DNA of 64,000 bases from Octopus vulgaris (GCA_951406725.2 OX597826.1:20398001-20462000); one strand, 5' to 3'. Positions 23,907-39,314 are shown, counted from the first letter of the stretch. Notes: generated from the letters alone by a model not told the origin. Made by a program: numbers and translations.

Positions 23907-26900
23907 ATGGCAAATCTTAGAATCGGTTGCTTGAATGTGAGAGGCCTCGGGTCACCTTGGAAACAGGGTCACCTGTTAAACGACCTGAGGTTTCATGATG
24001 TGGATGTAGCAGCCATCAGTGAAACCAGGCTCTCCGACCCGCAGGAACTCGCAGCCCTTTTCGGCGGATACGAGATATTTCTATCTCCGTGTCGGCCGGG
24101 AGCGGGCGGTGGTGGTACTGCGGTGTTGTTTCGGAAGGGCCTGGACCTGAAAATAAGGACAGTCTTCTTGGATCCGGAAGGTAAGTTGGTGGTCCTCGAC
24201 GTCGACGGTAGTGACGGCGGTGCTTTCAGACTGCTGGCTGCCTACGCTCCGACAGGAGCAGGGCAGTCGGATTATTTCAAACGTCTGGAAGTTTTCCAGG
24301 GAACGTCACGCACTCTAGTGCTAGTTGGGGATTGGAACGCTGTCTTAGACGAACGTTTCGATCGGGTGGGCAGGCGAGCGTCTGATAGGAGAGGGGAGGG
24401 TGCAAGAGCCTCGCCAACCTACTCGGCCGCTTTCAGCTGTCTGACAGGTTTCGACTAGACAACCCGAATGTGCCAATGTGGACTTGGACAAACCGCATCG
24501 GGTCGTCTAGATCGTACTTAGATAGAGTGTTTTGTAGGCCAGCGGATAAGGACAGCGTAGGGTGTCCACAATTCCACCTAGTCGAATATACAGACCACAA
24601 ATTAGTGATCTGTACGGTCGACTTAGATAGGTTACATAGACAGGGACCCGGCTACTGGAAGCTGAACGCGTCGTTAACGGCGTGCAAAGCTTACAGAGAC
24701 CGGATTAGTTTACTAGTTAAGCGGGCGCTCACGGGGGCAATCATCAACAACAACTGGTGGTTTGCCCTCAAGAGAGCAATTAGAGTAGAGTCGATTAGGT
24801 ATAGTAAGACTCTAGCTATTGAACGTAGGAAGAGAGAGAGCGGGATTTAGTTAAGAAACTAGACGAGGCTCTTGACACTGGCATCGCGACCGACGTGTTG
24901 GCGGCAAGGTTGGCCCTCGACCAACACTTCGACGCCAAACACGAAGGCTGCGTTGTCAGAGCTAAGGCACGTTCGCTAAGCGGGGAGGGGACTAGAGCCG
25001 CTCGATGGGCCCGCGTGGCGGAGGCGAAGCGAGGCAACAGAGCAACCATTCGGTCTTTGGTGGACCAGAACGGGCGCGAGGTTACCGAACCGAAGCAGAT
25101 GTGTACGGTGCTTCAGCGGCACGTTGCTCAACTGTTTGGGACGAGCGGTGGAACGGACAACGGTGCAGACTTCGGTGTGTACCTGGACGGCCTACCGCAA
25201 CTCTCGGACAGCGAGGCAGAGTGCAGCGAAGGACCGATATCTGCCTGGGAAGTACAGGAAGCGATGAAGAGTTGCACGAGAGGTAGATCGCCGGGTTTGG
25301 ATGGTCTGCCCTACGAGCTTTACTTTTCAATGCCAGACTTGTTTGCGGACCTGTTGGCAAACGTCTACTGCAACTGGCAGCAAAACGGGAGAATTCCTGC
25401 TTTTGTCTGTCAAGGGGTGGTGGCTTTGCTAAAGAAGGACCCAAACAAGGGGGACGTTATAGGCAATTTCCGGCCCATCACTCTGCTCAATGCAGAGTTG
25501 AAGATTTTGGCCAAGGTGCTAGCCAAGAGATTGGCGCTTGTCGTGGACAAGCTGGTCGGCAAGACGCAGACATGCGCCGTGCCGACCAGGTCGATACACG
25601 ACAACCTCCATCTCATGCGCTACATCATAGAGAGGGTGGGTAACTACGCTGGCGCGGGTGGGGCTTTGATCAATTTGGATCAGAGTAAAGCCTTCGATAG
25701 GGTCGACCATCGGTACCTGGCAGCTGTCCTCAAGGCAGCCGGCTTCGGTCCAGTCTTCCGCGGGTGGATCGCTGCTTTATACAGCAACATCTGCTCGGTG
25801 ATACGGGTGAACGGTCACCTTTCGGAACCGTTCGACATCTCGCGTTCGGTCCGCCAAGGATGCCCTCTCTCCTCCCTCTTGTACATTTTGACTCTCGAGC
25901 CATTACTGCGCAAGTTGGAGGCTTTGAGGGGTATCCCGCGCGATCTAGGAGGCGGAAACAGCGTGTCTGCTTATGCCGACGACGTCACCGTGGTGGTGTC
26001 GAGCCACAGGCACATTGGCCTGATTGGCGAGACGCTAAACCAGTACGAAGCGGTGACAGGAGCAAAGATTAACGCGGAAAAGTCTGTGGGCTTGCAACTG
26101 GGCACCTGGAGAGGCAAGCCCATGCCGTCCAACAGCGTCGTAGGGCGCTGGACAGACAAATCCGTTAAACTGCTCGGGGTCTGGTTCGGTCCGGACCTCC
26201 AGGTGGATAAGAACTGGGAAGAGGTGACAAGCAGGGTGGCACGTCTCACCCAGAAATGGGCCGAGAGGAAGCTGTCCCTGAAAGGTCGAGCGGAGGTGGC
26301 GAATGCGTACATCGCATCCGTCATCTATTACCGCTTGACCGTCGTCCCTTGTCCCGACCGCTGGTTGGCCAAGCTGGTACGCCTGCTCTTCGACTTTTTG
26401 TGGAAGGGTCAGGTGCCACTGGTCAGGCGATCCATCTGCTGTCAACGACCGCTGAACGGAGGCCTTGGAATGCCGTGGTTGCTGTTGCGCAGACATGCGC
26501 TCAGGCTGCGGCATCTCAAGCGCTTCCTAGACGGTGAACAGGTGTGGTCGTCTTTTGTCAGACGCGATTTTCTGCAGCTCGTCTCTTTGACGGAGCTGCA
26601 GACCTGGATCAAACGTAGACCGAGAAAGGGCGCTTGGCACCTCGAGTGCCGTCAAGCTCTCTCCGCCCTCCGCCAGGCGGGCAATGCGATCGGTTACAGC
26701 TCCACTCTAGCGTTCTATAGAGGGTTAGTGGAGGAAAAATGCGACGACGTTCTCGGGGAAACTCTAGGCGTTGAAGATGACGAACTGAGCGGTCTGTTCG
26801 GGAGGACTTTCGGGCCGGGGCCGATGGATAATTTCCAGAGGTCTCTCGCTTGGCAGTGCTACCGAGGGGCTCTGCCTGTTCGAGATAAACTCTACCGGCA

Positions 26901-27339
26901 CGGAAGTGCCGTCAGCCGGGCCTGCCCGAGGTGTTGCCAGGACGACGAAACAGTCCTGCACGCACTCGTCCAGTGCCCGAGTATTGCTGAAATATGGGTT
27001 TATGTCGAACAGCTACTGTCACGTATAGGACGGATCCGACTATCGGCCGAGTCCATTGTGAAGATTGCCCCGCCGACCTCCTTTAACAAGGAGGGCGAGG
27101 CCGTTTTCTTGTGCCTAGTGGCTGTGGCGAAAGAGGTCGTGTGGTGGACTCGTTTGAAAGGGCTAAAGACAGACACTTTCCTCTTTGGTCAAGGCCTCAT
27201 CAACTTTTTCAAGTTTCACTTGAAAAGGAAGATGAGGTTAGAGAGGAAAGTGCTGTCCGATAGCAAGTTTTATGAAAGGTGGGTGAATTGTGCGAGACTG
27301 GCCTGTATAAATGGACCAGTTCTCAGGTTTCGCCTGTGA
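23907..27339 (+). pseudogene. Tx1-type ORF2 (APE endonuclease, reverse transcriptase, C-terminal zinc finger) with two frameshifts
   Basis: APE motifs GCLNVRGL, ISETR, YAP, GDWNA, YLDRVF, TDH; RT motifs FRPITLLN, LDQSKAFDRVDH, RQGCPLS, YADD; CPRC..ETVLHALVQC. Split across 23907-24458, 24470-24850 and 24895-27339 by shifts near ~24390 and the (AG)n run at ~24835. Confidence 0.92.
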
Positions 27340-27617
27340 TTTCAAAAAGGTAATACAAAAGGAGAAGAAAGGGGACTCTCTACACCCCCTTTTTTGACCA
27401 GGCTCCCGTTGGCTTTTGTAGGGTTTTTTCCACCAGGAACCTTTCGAAACGTCTCCCCCTTTTGGGAGTTTTTCATTGTTTTAATAATCATTGTTATAAA
27501 GTTTTTTTACACGGATTTTTTTAACAAACGGACAAAACCCTTTGTAACCTTTCGTCCTGTCTTGTCCCTTTATGTAATCATGCGTGTCAGCCCTTGTGGC
27601 CAATAAAAAAGAATTGA

Positions 27618-27670
<53 letters not shown>

Positions 27671-27672
<2 letters not shown>

Positions 27673-28812
27673 TCACAGCGACAATGCTCTTCTCAGTACG
27701 TGTGACGTACCAGTTAAGACAATCTTTTGCACTTGCTGCATGGATGATAAACCAGGGATCTTTCTTTCATAATTTTCAGTTCCTTTTTTGATCATTCCAA
27801 GTGCTCCTACAACCACTGGTATTGTAACCGTCTTGAGATGTCACATCTTTTCGATTTCGATTAGCAGATCTTTATATTTTCTGAGCTTATCGAATTCTTT
27901 TGGCGAGATATTATTGTGACAGGATATGCTCATGTCAATCAATAAATAGACTTTATTGCTTTTGTCTTTCAGAACAATATCTGGTTTATTTGCCTTGGTG
28001 GTCCGATCTGTATATACTGGGAAGTCCCAAAGAATAGTTATATTTTCTCCCTCAGTTACAGCCTAAGAGTGGTGCTTGTACCATTTGTCAGCAGTTTTGA
28101 TTTAATAATGCCGACACATTATCCAATGTAGATATTGACCAATTCTGTCATGACTTGATTTGTACTCTACAGATGCTAAAACCTTTCATCCAGAGATTAG
28201 GTGGTCGACTGTTTCTCTCCCATCGTTGCAGTATCGGCACTTTGGGTCTACACCATTTTTCATCATATTGGCTCCGTTTCAATAAGCTCTCATCTAAGAT
28301 AAAGCCGTCACTCCCTGCATTTAGCCCTGATTTCCGTAGCCACTGATGGGTGTGCTTCTGGTCTACATCAGCTTGTTTGCTATGGGCCACATATTTGCCA
28401 TGCAGAGGTTTTTGTTCGTACCTATCAGTCAATTGTTCAAGCGCATTTCACTTTGCTTTCATCTTCTTAACAACTACAGTTGCTGCACTTCTCTCATGCT
28501 GTTCAACCTGGGTATTATGCATAAACACACTTTTTGCTCTCTTTCATAAAAGAATGAAGCTTCTCACGTCTTTCATGGTTTTCAACAAGCTTTAGCATCA
28601 GATCGTTTAATGTTTCAAGATATTTTGCCAATCCAAAATTGGATCAAGCCTCGACTTTCTTGAGCTCTGGGTAGGTAAAGACGATCTGCATCTGCCTTTT
28701 GCTGGTGCATCTTATTGCAAGTCAGCAGCTTACAGATTTTCCTGTCAATCTTCCTTATTTCGCTCATATTCCAGTTCAACACATTGAAACTATAAATAAC
28801 AACTGTATATCA
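27671..28812 (-). mobile_element. R4/Dong-like LINE fragment A (5'-truncated, frameshifted)
   Basis: Minus translation gives post-RT (KADADRLYLPR, KPLHGKY, WLRKSGL), CCHC and REL remnants ending VQKIVLTGTSHVLRRALSL*, followed by (AAT)n. Confidence 0.85.
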
Positions 28813-28950
28813 AAAAGGGGAATGAAGACAGAGAATAAGGAAAAAATAAAAGATAAAAAAGTAAACAAAGAAAATAAAAGGGAAAAAGGGAATGAAAATT
28901 CAATGTGACAGTGCTCTTCTCAGTACGTATGACGTACCAATTAAAACTAT
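28813..28950 (-). mobile_element. Very short 3' fragment of an R4/Dong-like LINE
   Basis: IVLIGTSYVLRRALSH* plus a pyrimidine-rich 3'UTR; its 5' end abuts (AAT)n. Confidence 0.75.
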
Positions 28951-28964
28951 TATTATTGTTTTTG

Positions 28965-29067
<103 letters not shown>

Positions 29068-29072
29068 CATTA

Positions 29073-29103
<31 letters not shown>

Positions 29104-29126
29104 TATTATTATTGTTGTTGTTGTTG

Positions 29127-29196
<70 letters not shown>

Positions 29197-29197
29197 T

Positions 29198-29759
29198 GAG
29201 TGAGAGAGCAGAGCATGCCATCAAAGTGACATTGGGATAAAATATACGAAGCCCAGTATACCCATCATGACTACCTCGTCTGATAAAGGCACACTAGGCA
29301 CATGCATCACTTCCATATATGCGCGACATGGTGATCTCATATCAAGATAAACAGCACATGACCTTGCAAGTGGGCCCCCAGAATTTTCTTCTGGTCGAGT
29401 AGCCCATCCCCTCTCAAAAGGTCCCTGAATAAGGGTTGTTTAAAGATGTTGAACGAAACACCCATGTTTCCAGAGGTGAATAATTCAAACCACAAAGAAT
29501 CCTTCTCAACACATGGCTATGATGCTCCCCCACTACGTCTGCTCGTGATCAGAGATGCACATATCGTCAGCCACTAAGGGACATGCTCAACTGGTTAAGG
29601 TCAAACAACTGACAAGCAAATCTGTGGTATTGAGCAGAATATTTGCTGTAGCCCATCTTTTATACCAAGACAAAACAATGTACATGATAACACTTCCAAT
29701 CAGTTAAGATCAGAAGCCATGAGAGCCACTGCCTGGTACTGAGAGCCACTGCCTGGTAC

Positions 29760-29760
<1 letters not shown>
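29198..29760 (-). mobile_element. Non-coding retroposed element embedded in (TAA)n (candidate Dong-mobilised SINE or long 3'UTR)
   Basis: About 560 bp with no ORF and (TAA)n on both sides. It has a 20-bp tandem duplication at its 5' end and the same 3' end as the truncated copy at 29831-29912. Confidence 0.65.
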
Positions 29761-29830
<70 letters not shown>

Positions 29831-29912
29831 GAGTGAGAGAGTAGATCATGCCATCAAAGTGATATTGGGATAAAATATACGGAATCCAGTATACCCATCA
29901 TGACTACTCGTA
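29831..29912 (-). mobile_element. 5'-truncated copy of the 29198-29760 element
   Basis: GAGTGAGAGAG..CATGCCATCAAAGTGA..TTGGGATAAAATATACG..CCAGTATACCCATCATGACTAC matches 29198-29280. Confidence 0.85.
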
Positions 29913-29914
29913 TT

Positions 29915-30043
<129 letters not shown>

Positions 30044-30052
30044 ATTATTATT

Positions 30053-32878
30053 TTAAGTTTGACTTTTGCTTTACATTTGTACAAGCTGGCTCCAAGTCTC
30101 ACACAGAGACCTCAAGAGACAACAGACTGGAAGTTCGTGTTGGTGTTATGCCTAGGGTGCCATATATTTGGTTTTGTATTTAGTGTTGTACTAGTGAATG
30201 CCTAAAAAACCATACGAAAATTATGTTTGCCTTAAAACTTGAGATTACATAGAAAGTATTTTGCGTAGGATATGAGCAGTTCCCATGAGCACTATCTTTT
30301 GAATTTCTGCCATTTTTGGGTTTCCTGGTATCTGAGTTAGGTAGCAACCAGCCCCTTGTGCTATCATTCCCAGGGCACCTATGACAACAGGTAATATTTT
30401 AGTCTTCAGGTTCCACATTTTGCTGATTTCTATTTTCAGATCTTTATATTTGCTCAGCTTTTGGTAGGTTTTGACAGATAAGTTTATATCGATTGGGACA
30501 ATCATATCAATGAGGAGGCATGATTTTTGTCTGAAGTCTTTCAATATGATGTCTGGCCTATTTGCATCTATCTTTCTGTCAGTTTGAATGGTGAAGTTCC
30601 CAGAGGAGTGAGATGTGGTCCTTTTCAAGCACTGGAGGTGGTTTGTGTTCCCACCAGTTTTTATCATGGGGCAAGTCCAAGCTTTTGCAAATTACCCAGT
30701 GAATATATTGTGCAGCTCTATCATGCCTGTTGAGATACTCTGTAGGCGCTAGAAGACTGCACTTGGAGATAATATGATCAATGGTTTCATTTTGTTGTTG
30801 ACATACACGGCATGTTGGGCTACTGCCGTTCTTTAATATGTTGGCCTGGTAGTTCCTTGTAGGTAGGCATTGATCTTGAGCTGCTAAGATAAACCCTTCT
30901 GTTTCAGATTTTAAGCCAAAAGCCATTAGCCATTGATGGGTAAGGGCATTGTCAACATCTGCATTATTCGCTCTCTTTGAGTATTTGCCATTGAGAGGTT
31001 TTTCTTGCCATTTATCAATCAGAGTATCTAAGGCCGCAGATTTAGCACGGGTTTTCATGCGCTTAGCTTTTTCTGTGCCTGTTTCTTGTATGTCTATCTC
31101 TAATTCCGAAATTTGTTGTTTTCGGAATTCATTTAGATATTCCTTTGCCTGTTTTGTTACTGAGTATGATGCTTTCTTGTTTTCATATTTTGAGACAAGT
31201 TTTAACATCCAGTCCTCAGAGTTTTTCAGGTAGGTGTCTAGACCAATTGTAGCAATCTTCATTGTTATTGCCAGTTATAAAAGTCCACGGCCACCCTCTT
31301 TTCTTGGCAAATAAAATCGTTCTATATCTGCCTTAGGGTGGTGCATTCTATGCATTGTCAACAGTTTTCGTATTTTTCTGTCAAGATTATTTCAGTAATT
31401 GAAACTGTAAATCACGACTGGTATGGCTAAAGCATTGATCGCTTCGATCCTGTTTCTCGCATTCAGCTCTGTCTTGAGTATTGCTCTTACTCTGCGATAA
31501 CATTCTCTCCTCATCCTTTCCTTCATCACTGAATGCCTGATTCCGTCCCCTTCAATTACCCCTAGGTACTTGTAGCTCTCCACTGGGTCTAACTCTTTTA
31601 TGAAATTCTGCTGGTCGAGGTAAACGTTAGAAGTTTCTATCATTTTTCCTTTGATAAAGGTAGCTTTTGCACATTTATCGAGGCCAAATTGCATTCTGAT
31701 GTCATCACTGAATTGTTTAACAATTGCTAGTAAGCCCTTGAGTTGTTGGTCATTTTTTGCAAAGAACTTTAAATCATCCATGTAAATGAGATGATTTATA
31801 TTTTTATCAAACATTTTATATCCGTACTCTGTGTCATTGAGCAATTTTGAGAGAGGTATTAAGGCTAAACAAAAGAGGAGTGGTGATAGTGAGTCGTCTT
31901 GGAAAATGCCACATGAAATTTTTACATTACCAGCATTTAAACATTCATAGTCACTGTTCAAAATTAGTGTGGTTCTCCATGATCTCATAAAAAACATCAT
32001 TGTAAAGTTGTGTTAACAGTTCATGGCTCTCTGGGAAGGCATTCAACCAGAAGTTAGGAATTTTATCCTTTCCTGGAGACTTCCATTTGCTTGACCTCCT
32101 GAGAGCAGATCTTACATCGTCTACCTTGACACTCTCCCACTTTTGCTCCTCTAAGGAGTACAAGTCCATAGCTATTCAATCAATCCAAGGGGCCTTTTCG
32201 TTGTGTGTTTTTTCTTCTGCCCAAATTTTATTCCAAAAACCCTACACTTCTTTTGATGGTACAGACTTTACAGTAACTGGTGTTTTCTCCATCTTCCTCT
32301 AAAAATTTTTGGGGCTATTTTTGAACATGTTGTTGTCTTTGAAGAATCTAACACGCTTTTCATACCTCGCTATGCGGGCAGTTTTAGCACATACCTTTTG
32401 CTTGATGGTTTCTATGGTGGCATCAATATCAAGTATAGTTTTCATATTATATTTTGTCTTCAATTTTTGGGTTTTTGTAGATTTGGTAGTCTTGTCAACC
32501 TTAAAGTTTTTCAAGCATTCAATATCAGACTTAAGTAGTTTAATTTGATGTTGGATACGCTCTTGCCAAGAAGGCTTTTTTGTGGGAATGTTGCCGTTTT
32601 CTAATCTTTTCACCACATAGAATCGTTGAGATTTTCGCGGATGCATAGTTTGGGTGGTTGAGATCTGTGATATCAACATCATTAGCTGAAATTATATCCT
32701 TAAGTGCAAGGCGGATTTTACCAATTATTTTCAGGTTTTCGTTTGAATTGCGAATTTTTGGGAGAGTATCGTGTTCATCCACACTGGTTTCTTTAATTTT
32801 CAGCCATTCAATCATGATTTGATTTTTTAGATCATGGGTCAATATTTGTGTGACTTTCTTCATCTATTTGATTTTCAT
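30053..32878 (-). mobile_element. R4/Dong-like LINE fragment B (RT, CCHC, REL endonuclease), frameshifted and internally deleted
   Basis: KWKSPGKDKI, GIFQDDSLSPLLFCL, HLIYMDDLK, CRVC..ETIDHIISKC, YLNRHD, ANRPDII..LIDM..P, K..KYKDL, VVIGALG; flanked by (AAT)n. Confidence 0.92.
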
Positions 32879-32879
32879 C

Positions 32880-33077
<198 letters not shown>

Positions 33078-33079
33078 CA

Positions 33080-34602
<1,523 letters not shown>

Positions 34603-34622
34603 ACCTATTATCTTGTTTTTAG

Positions 34623-34665
<43 letters not shown>

Positions 34666-36051
34666 GTTATTAATATTATTACGAGACGTTTGCGATAAAC
34701 GAGCGATAAAAGTTTCCTCACAGAAACTGTAGCCGATTAATCTCTTTTAACCGTGTCTCTATAATAGTGCGTCTAACAATGTCTATATAATAGTGTCTTC
34801 AACAGTGTGTATATTGCAAAATATTCAGCATGGCCTCTATGATAGTGTTTTTAAATGTGTGCATACAGTAGGTTATATATATACGACGGTAGACTACACA
34901 TGCTAAACTATATAATGTATTAAACACTTTGTCAAAATACAGACAATTTGATTAATAATAGTTTGGATGATAACCCCCCTCCACCCCATCCCCAATCAGT
35001 TTGTGTTTGAATAACGACTGAAAATTACTTGCCTTCGCTTTGTCGACTAGAAATAAGAGCCAGACAAACCTCAAATTACACCCTCCGTCCTTGAATAAAA
35101 GGAAGGCCACAGTGACCAATATTCTCTGAGATTTATAGAATAACATGATGGTCATGGTTGGAAGACCGTTGATTATAGCTTTGCACGATCAGAGCGAAGC
35201 TGGATCTAAACAACAGCAGTAACAACAACAACAATTAGTATTTGCCACTAATGCTAACTACTATATTATACATCAGATAATGTAGACTTAGATACACTAT
35301 GTCTTAGTAAAATACTGTATGATTGGAACGCCTTTGATAATAGGTCTGCTGGATCAGGGCTGACCTGGGGCTAAATACCTGAAATAACTTATCAATTGCA
35401 GAATCTCTCATGAATTCAAAGCCTCACTCACCCCCGCGGCTTGTCTTCCCTCCATGAAATATTTTTTATTGTTTAGCTGAATCAATTATCTCTGTTTAAA
35501 TGATACCAAACTCCATTCTCTATGCAGCATTCCACTCGTCTATATCCTTTCAATTCAATATTCATCCAGCGCTGAAGTCATCAGCTGCAGTTTGGCACCG
35601 TTTTCTTTCAATATTGAGTTCCCCAAAGTAATTTTCATATTCTTCAAGAAGAATTTTTAACTTTCAAACTGATCCAAATTTATCCTACTAAGGAGTACAG
35701 TCCTCATATCAGACCACTGTCATTCTTGACTCTATTCACAAGGAAGTCATTCTCCAGACATCAGTGTCTGTAAATGAAGAGGGTGTGGGGTTAGCCAATA
35801 TCTTGGTCTGAAGTTCGAAAGCCAAGGAAGAACCCGTGGATATTTGATAAAACAACACAACAATCACTGATTCTTTGAATGAGGAGAGAAACTTTGCCCC
35901 TTTATCTGGACCTTATAAACAGTCTTGTTCAGTTTTTCTCTCTGAAATCCCATCTGAATGTCTGAAAATACCTTCTAAAAACCCTTCTCCTGGCCAATAA
36001 TCCGTTTTTTGTTTCTTTGAAAACCCTTCTGTTTAATTTCACCCATATCTT

Positions 36052-36130
<79 letters not shown>

Positions 36131-36347
36131 GCACACAAACACACACACACAGAGTTATTAGTGAGGGATTATCAACCCCGGCAAAGTACTTTATAAGCTC
36201 TCTGTTAGTCCACCAAGCTAACAAGATTGTTTAGATTATTAAAGAATTCCGCGAGTTTTTGTGGCAGGGTCCGAGTTCACTACCGTTCTATATTGTAAGT
36301 CCGTGGTTGTGCTTCTGTTAGACTGGTCTTTACACAGAGCGACACAC

Positions 36348-36696
36348 AAGACAAGACATAAATAATGGTCATTACACATTTTTTTTTATTTATTGCAGTA
36401 AATTTTGACTTACAGCTGTTTCCAGTAATCATTATAGGTTCGGTATTGATAAGTTTGCTCCATTGTTCCATTGATCGGTCAAGAAAAATTGAATACTGAC
36501 CACTTCTTTAATGTTTTACTTTGTTATAATCAAAAATGACCCTCACGAAAGTAGTATTAACTTTTTAGGTCGTTCAATTTTTCTCGACCGATCACTGGAC
36601 CTATCAATAATGAACCTATAATGATTACTGGAAATAGCTTTAAGTCAAATTTACTGCAGAGAGAAAAATATCTAATGACCATTGTCTATACCTTGT

Positions 36697-36699
<3 letters not shown>
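36348..36699. repeat. Imperfect long inverted repeat (fold-back, PLE-type)
   Basis: Arms at ~36348-36495 and ~36573-36699 (for example TTTCCAGTAATCATTATAGGTTC versus GAACCTATAATGATTACTGGAAA). Carries GAAACAGCTGTA on the minus strand of the left arm. Confidence 0.8.
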
Positions 36700-36775
<76 letters not shown>

Positions 36776-37076
36776 GTATATGTATGTATGTATATGTATG
36801 TATGTATATGTATGTATGTATATGTATGTATGTATATGTATGTATGTATATGTATGTATGTATATGTATGTATGTATGTATGCGCACGCATTATCCGCAA
36901 TGAAACATATTGAATGGAAATAGTACAAACAAACGAAGCATAATGTTTGTTGAACGAATTGCGAAGACAAACGGTTCCAGTTCAGTGGAGACTTAATGAA
37001 AGGAATTATGACACAATCATGCTTCATTACGTAACAAAATAACCGATATACATACATACATTCACACACACACACG

Positions 37077-37142
<66 letters not shown>

Positions 37143-37207
37143 ACTGTATGTGTGTGTGTGTGAGGGAGAGAGAGAGAATAACACAAAGTCCTGATATATG
37201 TATGTGC

Positions 37208-37257
<50 letters not shown>

Positions 37258-37699
37258 GTGTATGTGTGTGTATAAATGTAATGTAAGTGTATATGACTGT
37301 TTAATATGTCTCATAACGGTTTGTCTAAGGTGACTGTAACGGCCACCTTATCCGCTTCGAAAGCAATCACACGAAACGCACACTTAACATGAAGTTCACA
37401 TTAATGTTTTTTTATCGACCCACCTCTATACAAGATCGGGTTATTCGGTTCATTAACACGACACAGTCCGCCTATTACTTTCATTTTACCTAATGGATAA
37501 ACATTATCACTTGCGAACAATAAATTTACGTTCTGAAGGTGATTGCAACACCGTTTTATTATTAATGAGATCAATTTAGGATGTAACCAACCAATGATTC
37601 CAGGTGCAGATACCAACAAAACACTGTTTAAATCTATATGTTGTGTACATAAACACATATATATATATGTAAAGAAACATACATATTGGTGGTTCAACT

Positions 37700-37755
<56 letters not shown>

Positions 37756-37837
37756 AGCGTGTATGTATTGTACATCAAAACCCACATGCTTCACAAATAG
37801 ACAATGATTGAAAATGGCAGCGGTAAACACACACACG

Positions 37838-37885
<48 letters not shown>

Positions 37886-37988
37886 ATGAGTGTGTGTGTG
37901 TGTATATATTGAACATCAGAACTGCATGCTTCACGAAAAGTCAATGATTGAAATAGGCGGCGCTAAATATATATATATAATTCTGAGA

Positions 37989-38069
<81 letters not shown>

Positions 38070-38459
38070 TATGAAAGAGGCTAAGCGGTTGGCTACCAAT
38101 TTGTATCTTTTCCTCTTCGACTCTGAAAATAACAAAAAAAAAAAAACGAAAAATAAAAATAAAAAACAACTGGATTATTTCCTGGTGTATCTCTAATGTT
38201 TCTTTCTTTTGTTATTATGTTTCCTCTTTAAAAGCTTATCTTCTCTTCCCCTCAGTGGTTGCTACCTGTGGTTAATAGGAAAACAGCCACCAGTTAAGGC
38301 CGACCACTACAGGCAACATGGCTGACATTATATTCCGTATGGCCAGTGTAATAACTTGATTTATAATCTGATCGCCGGTGGAAATTAATTTCATTTTAGC
38401 CGTCGTCTGTGGCATGGTTTATTTTCCTTATTCACATAATGACGACCGCAATGATGACG

Positions 38460-38540
<81 letters not shown>

Positions 38541-39082
38541 GATGAAGGTGATGATGATGATGATGATGATGATGGCAATAATATGGTAAAAGAAAAGAAA
38601 ATGAATCGGTTTGGAAATGACAGGAAATTAGAAATAAGTGATTCATACCTGCTGACATATCTGCTAAGTAAAAATACAGAGTAAATACAAGAAAATAGGG
38701 TATGATAACAGGATAGAATGTGTGTGTGTGTGTGTGTGTGGTATGAGACTGCGAAAAGGAGAATGTGTGTGTATGCATCAGATTGTTTGTACGTATGTGT
38801 GAGTATATGTGTGCGTGTTTTTATGTGGTTGTGTGTGGGAGTATTCGAATATGATTGCGCGGGCGCGCGCATGGGGAGCGTGCAGTGTGTGGAGAGTGTA
38901 GGACTGTGTGTGCATAATTGTGCAGGAGTGTCTACGAAGATGTGTGTGTGTGTGTGTGTGTGTCTAACAAAGAAGGAGAATAATGGAAAAAAATGGCGGA
39001 GACAAAAAAAGCTGAAATTAGTTAAAGAAATTCATTGGTAGATAGGTAGATAGGTAGTTAGATAGATATATGGATAGACAGA

Positions 39083-39181
<99 letters not shown>

Positions 39182-39219
39182 TTATATGTATATATATATG
39201 TATATATATATATATATAA

Positions 39220-39314
<95 letters not shown>

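Larger units (their letters stand above)
21792..27616 (+). mobile_element. Near-full-length Tx1/L1-clade non-LTR retrotransposon
   Basis: 5'UTR, ORF1, 38-bp pyrimidine-rich spacer, APE-RT ORF2, and a 3'UTR ending CAATAAAAAAGAATTG. Flanked by ATCATTATTATTATTATTATT at 21771-21791 and 27617-27637. Confidence 0.92.

Noticed and set aside
23004-26961. Antisense and alternate-frame ORFs inside the Tx1 element
   Set aside because: Shadows of the GC-richer ORF1 and ORF2 with no independent motifs.
34680-35000. Expected upstream (RT) half of the Penelope element beyond the nest
   Set aside because: No recognisable PLE RT C-terminal motif on manual translation.
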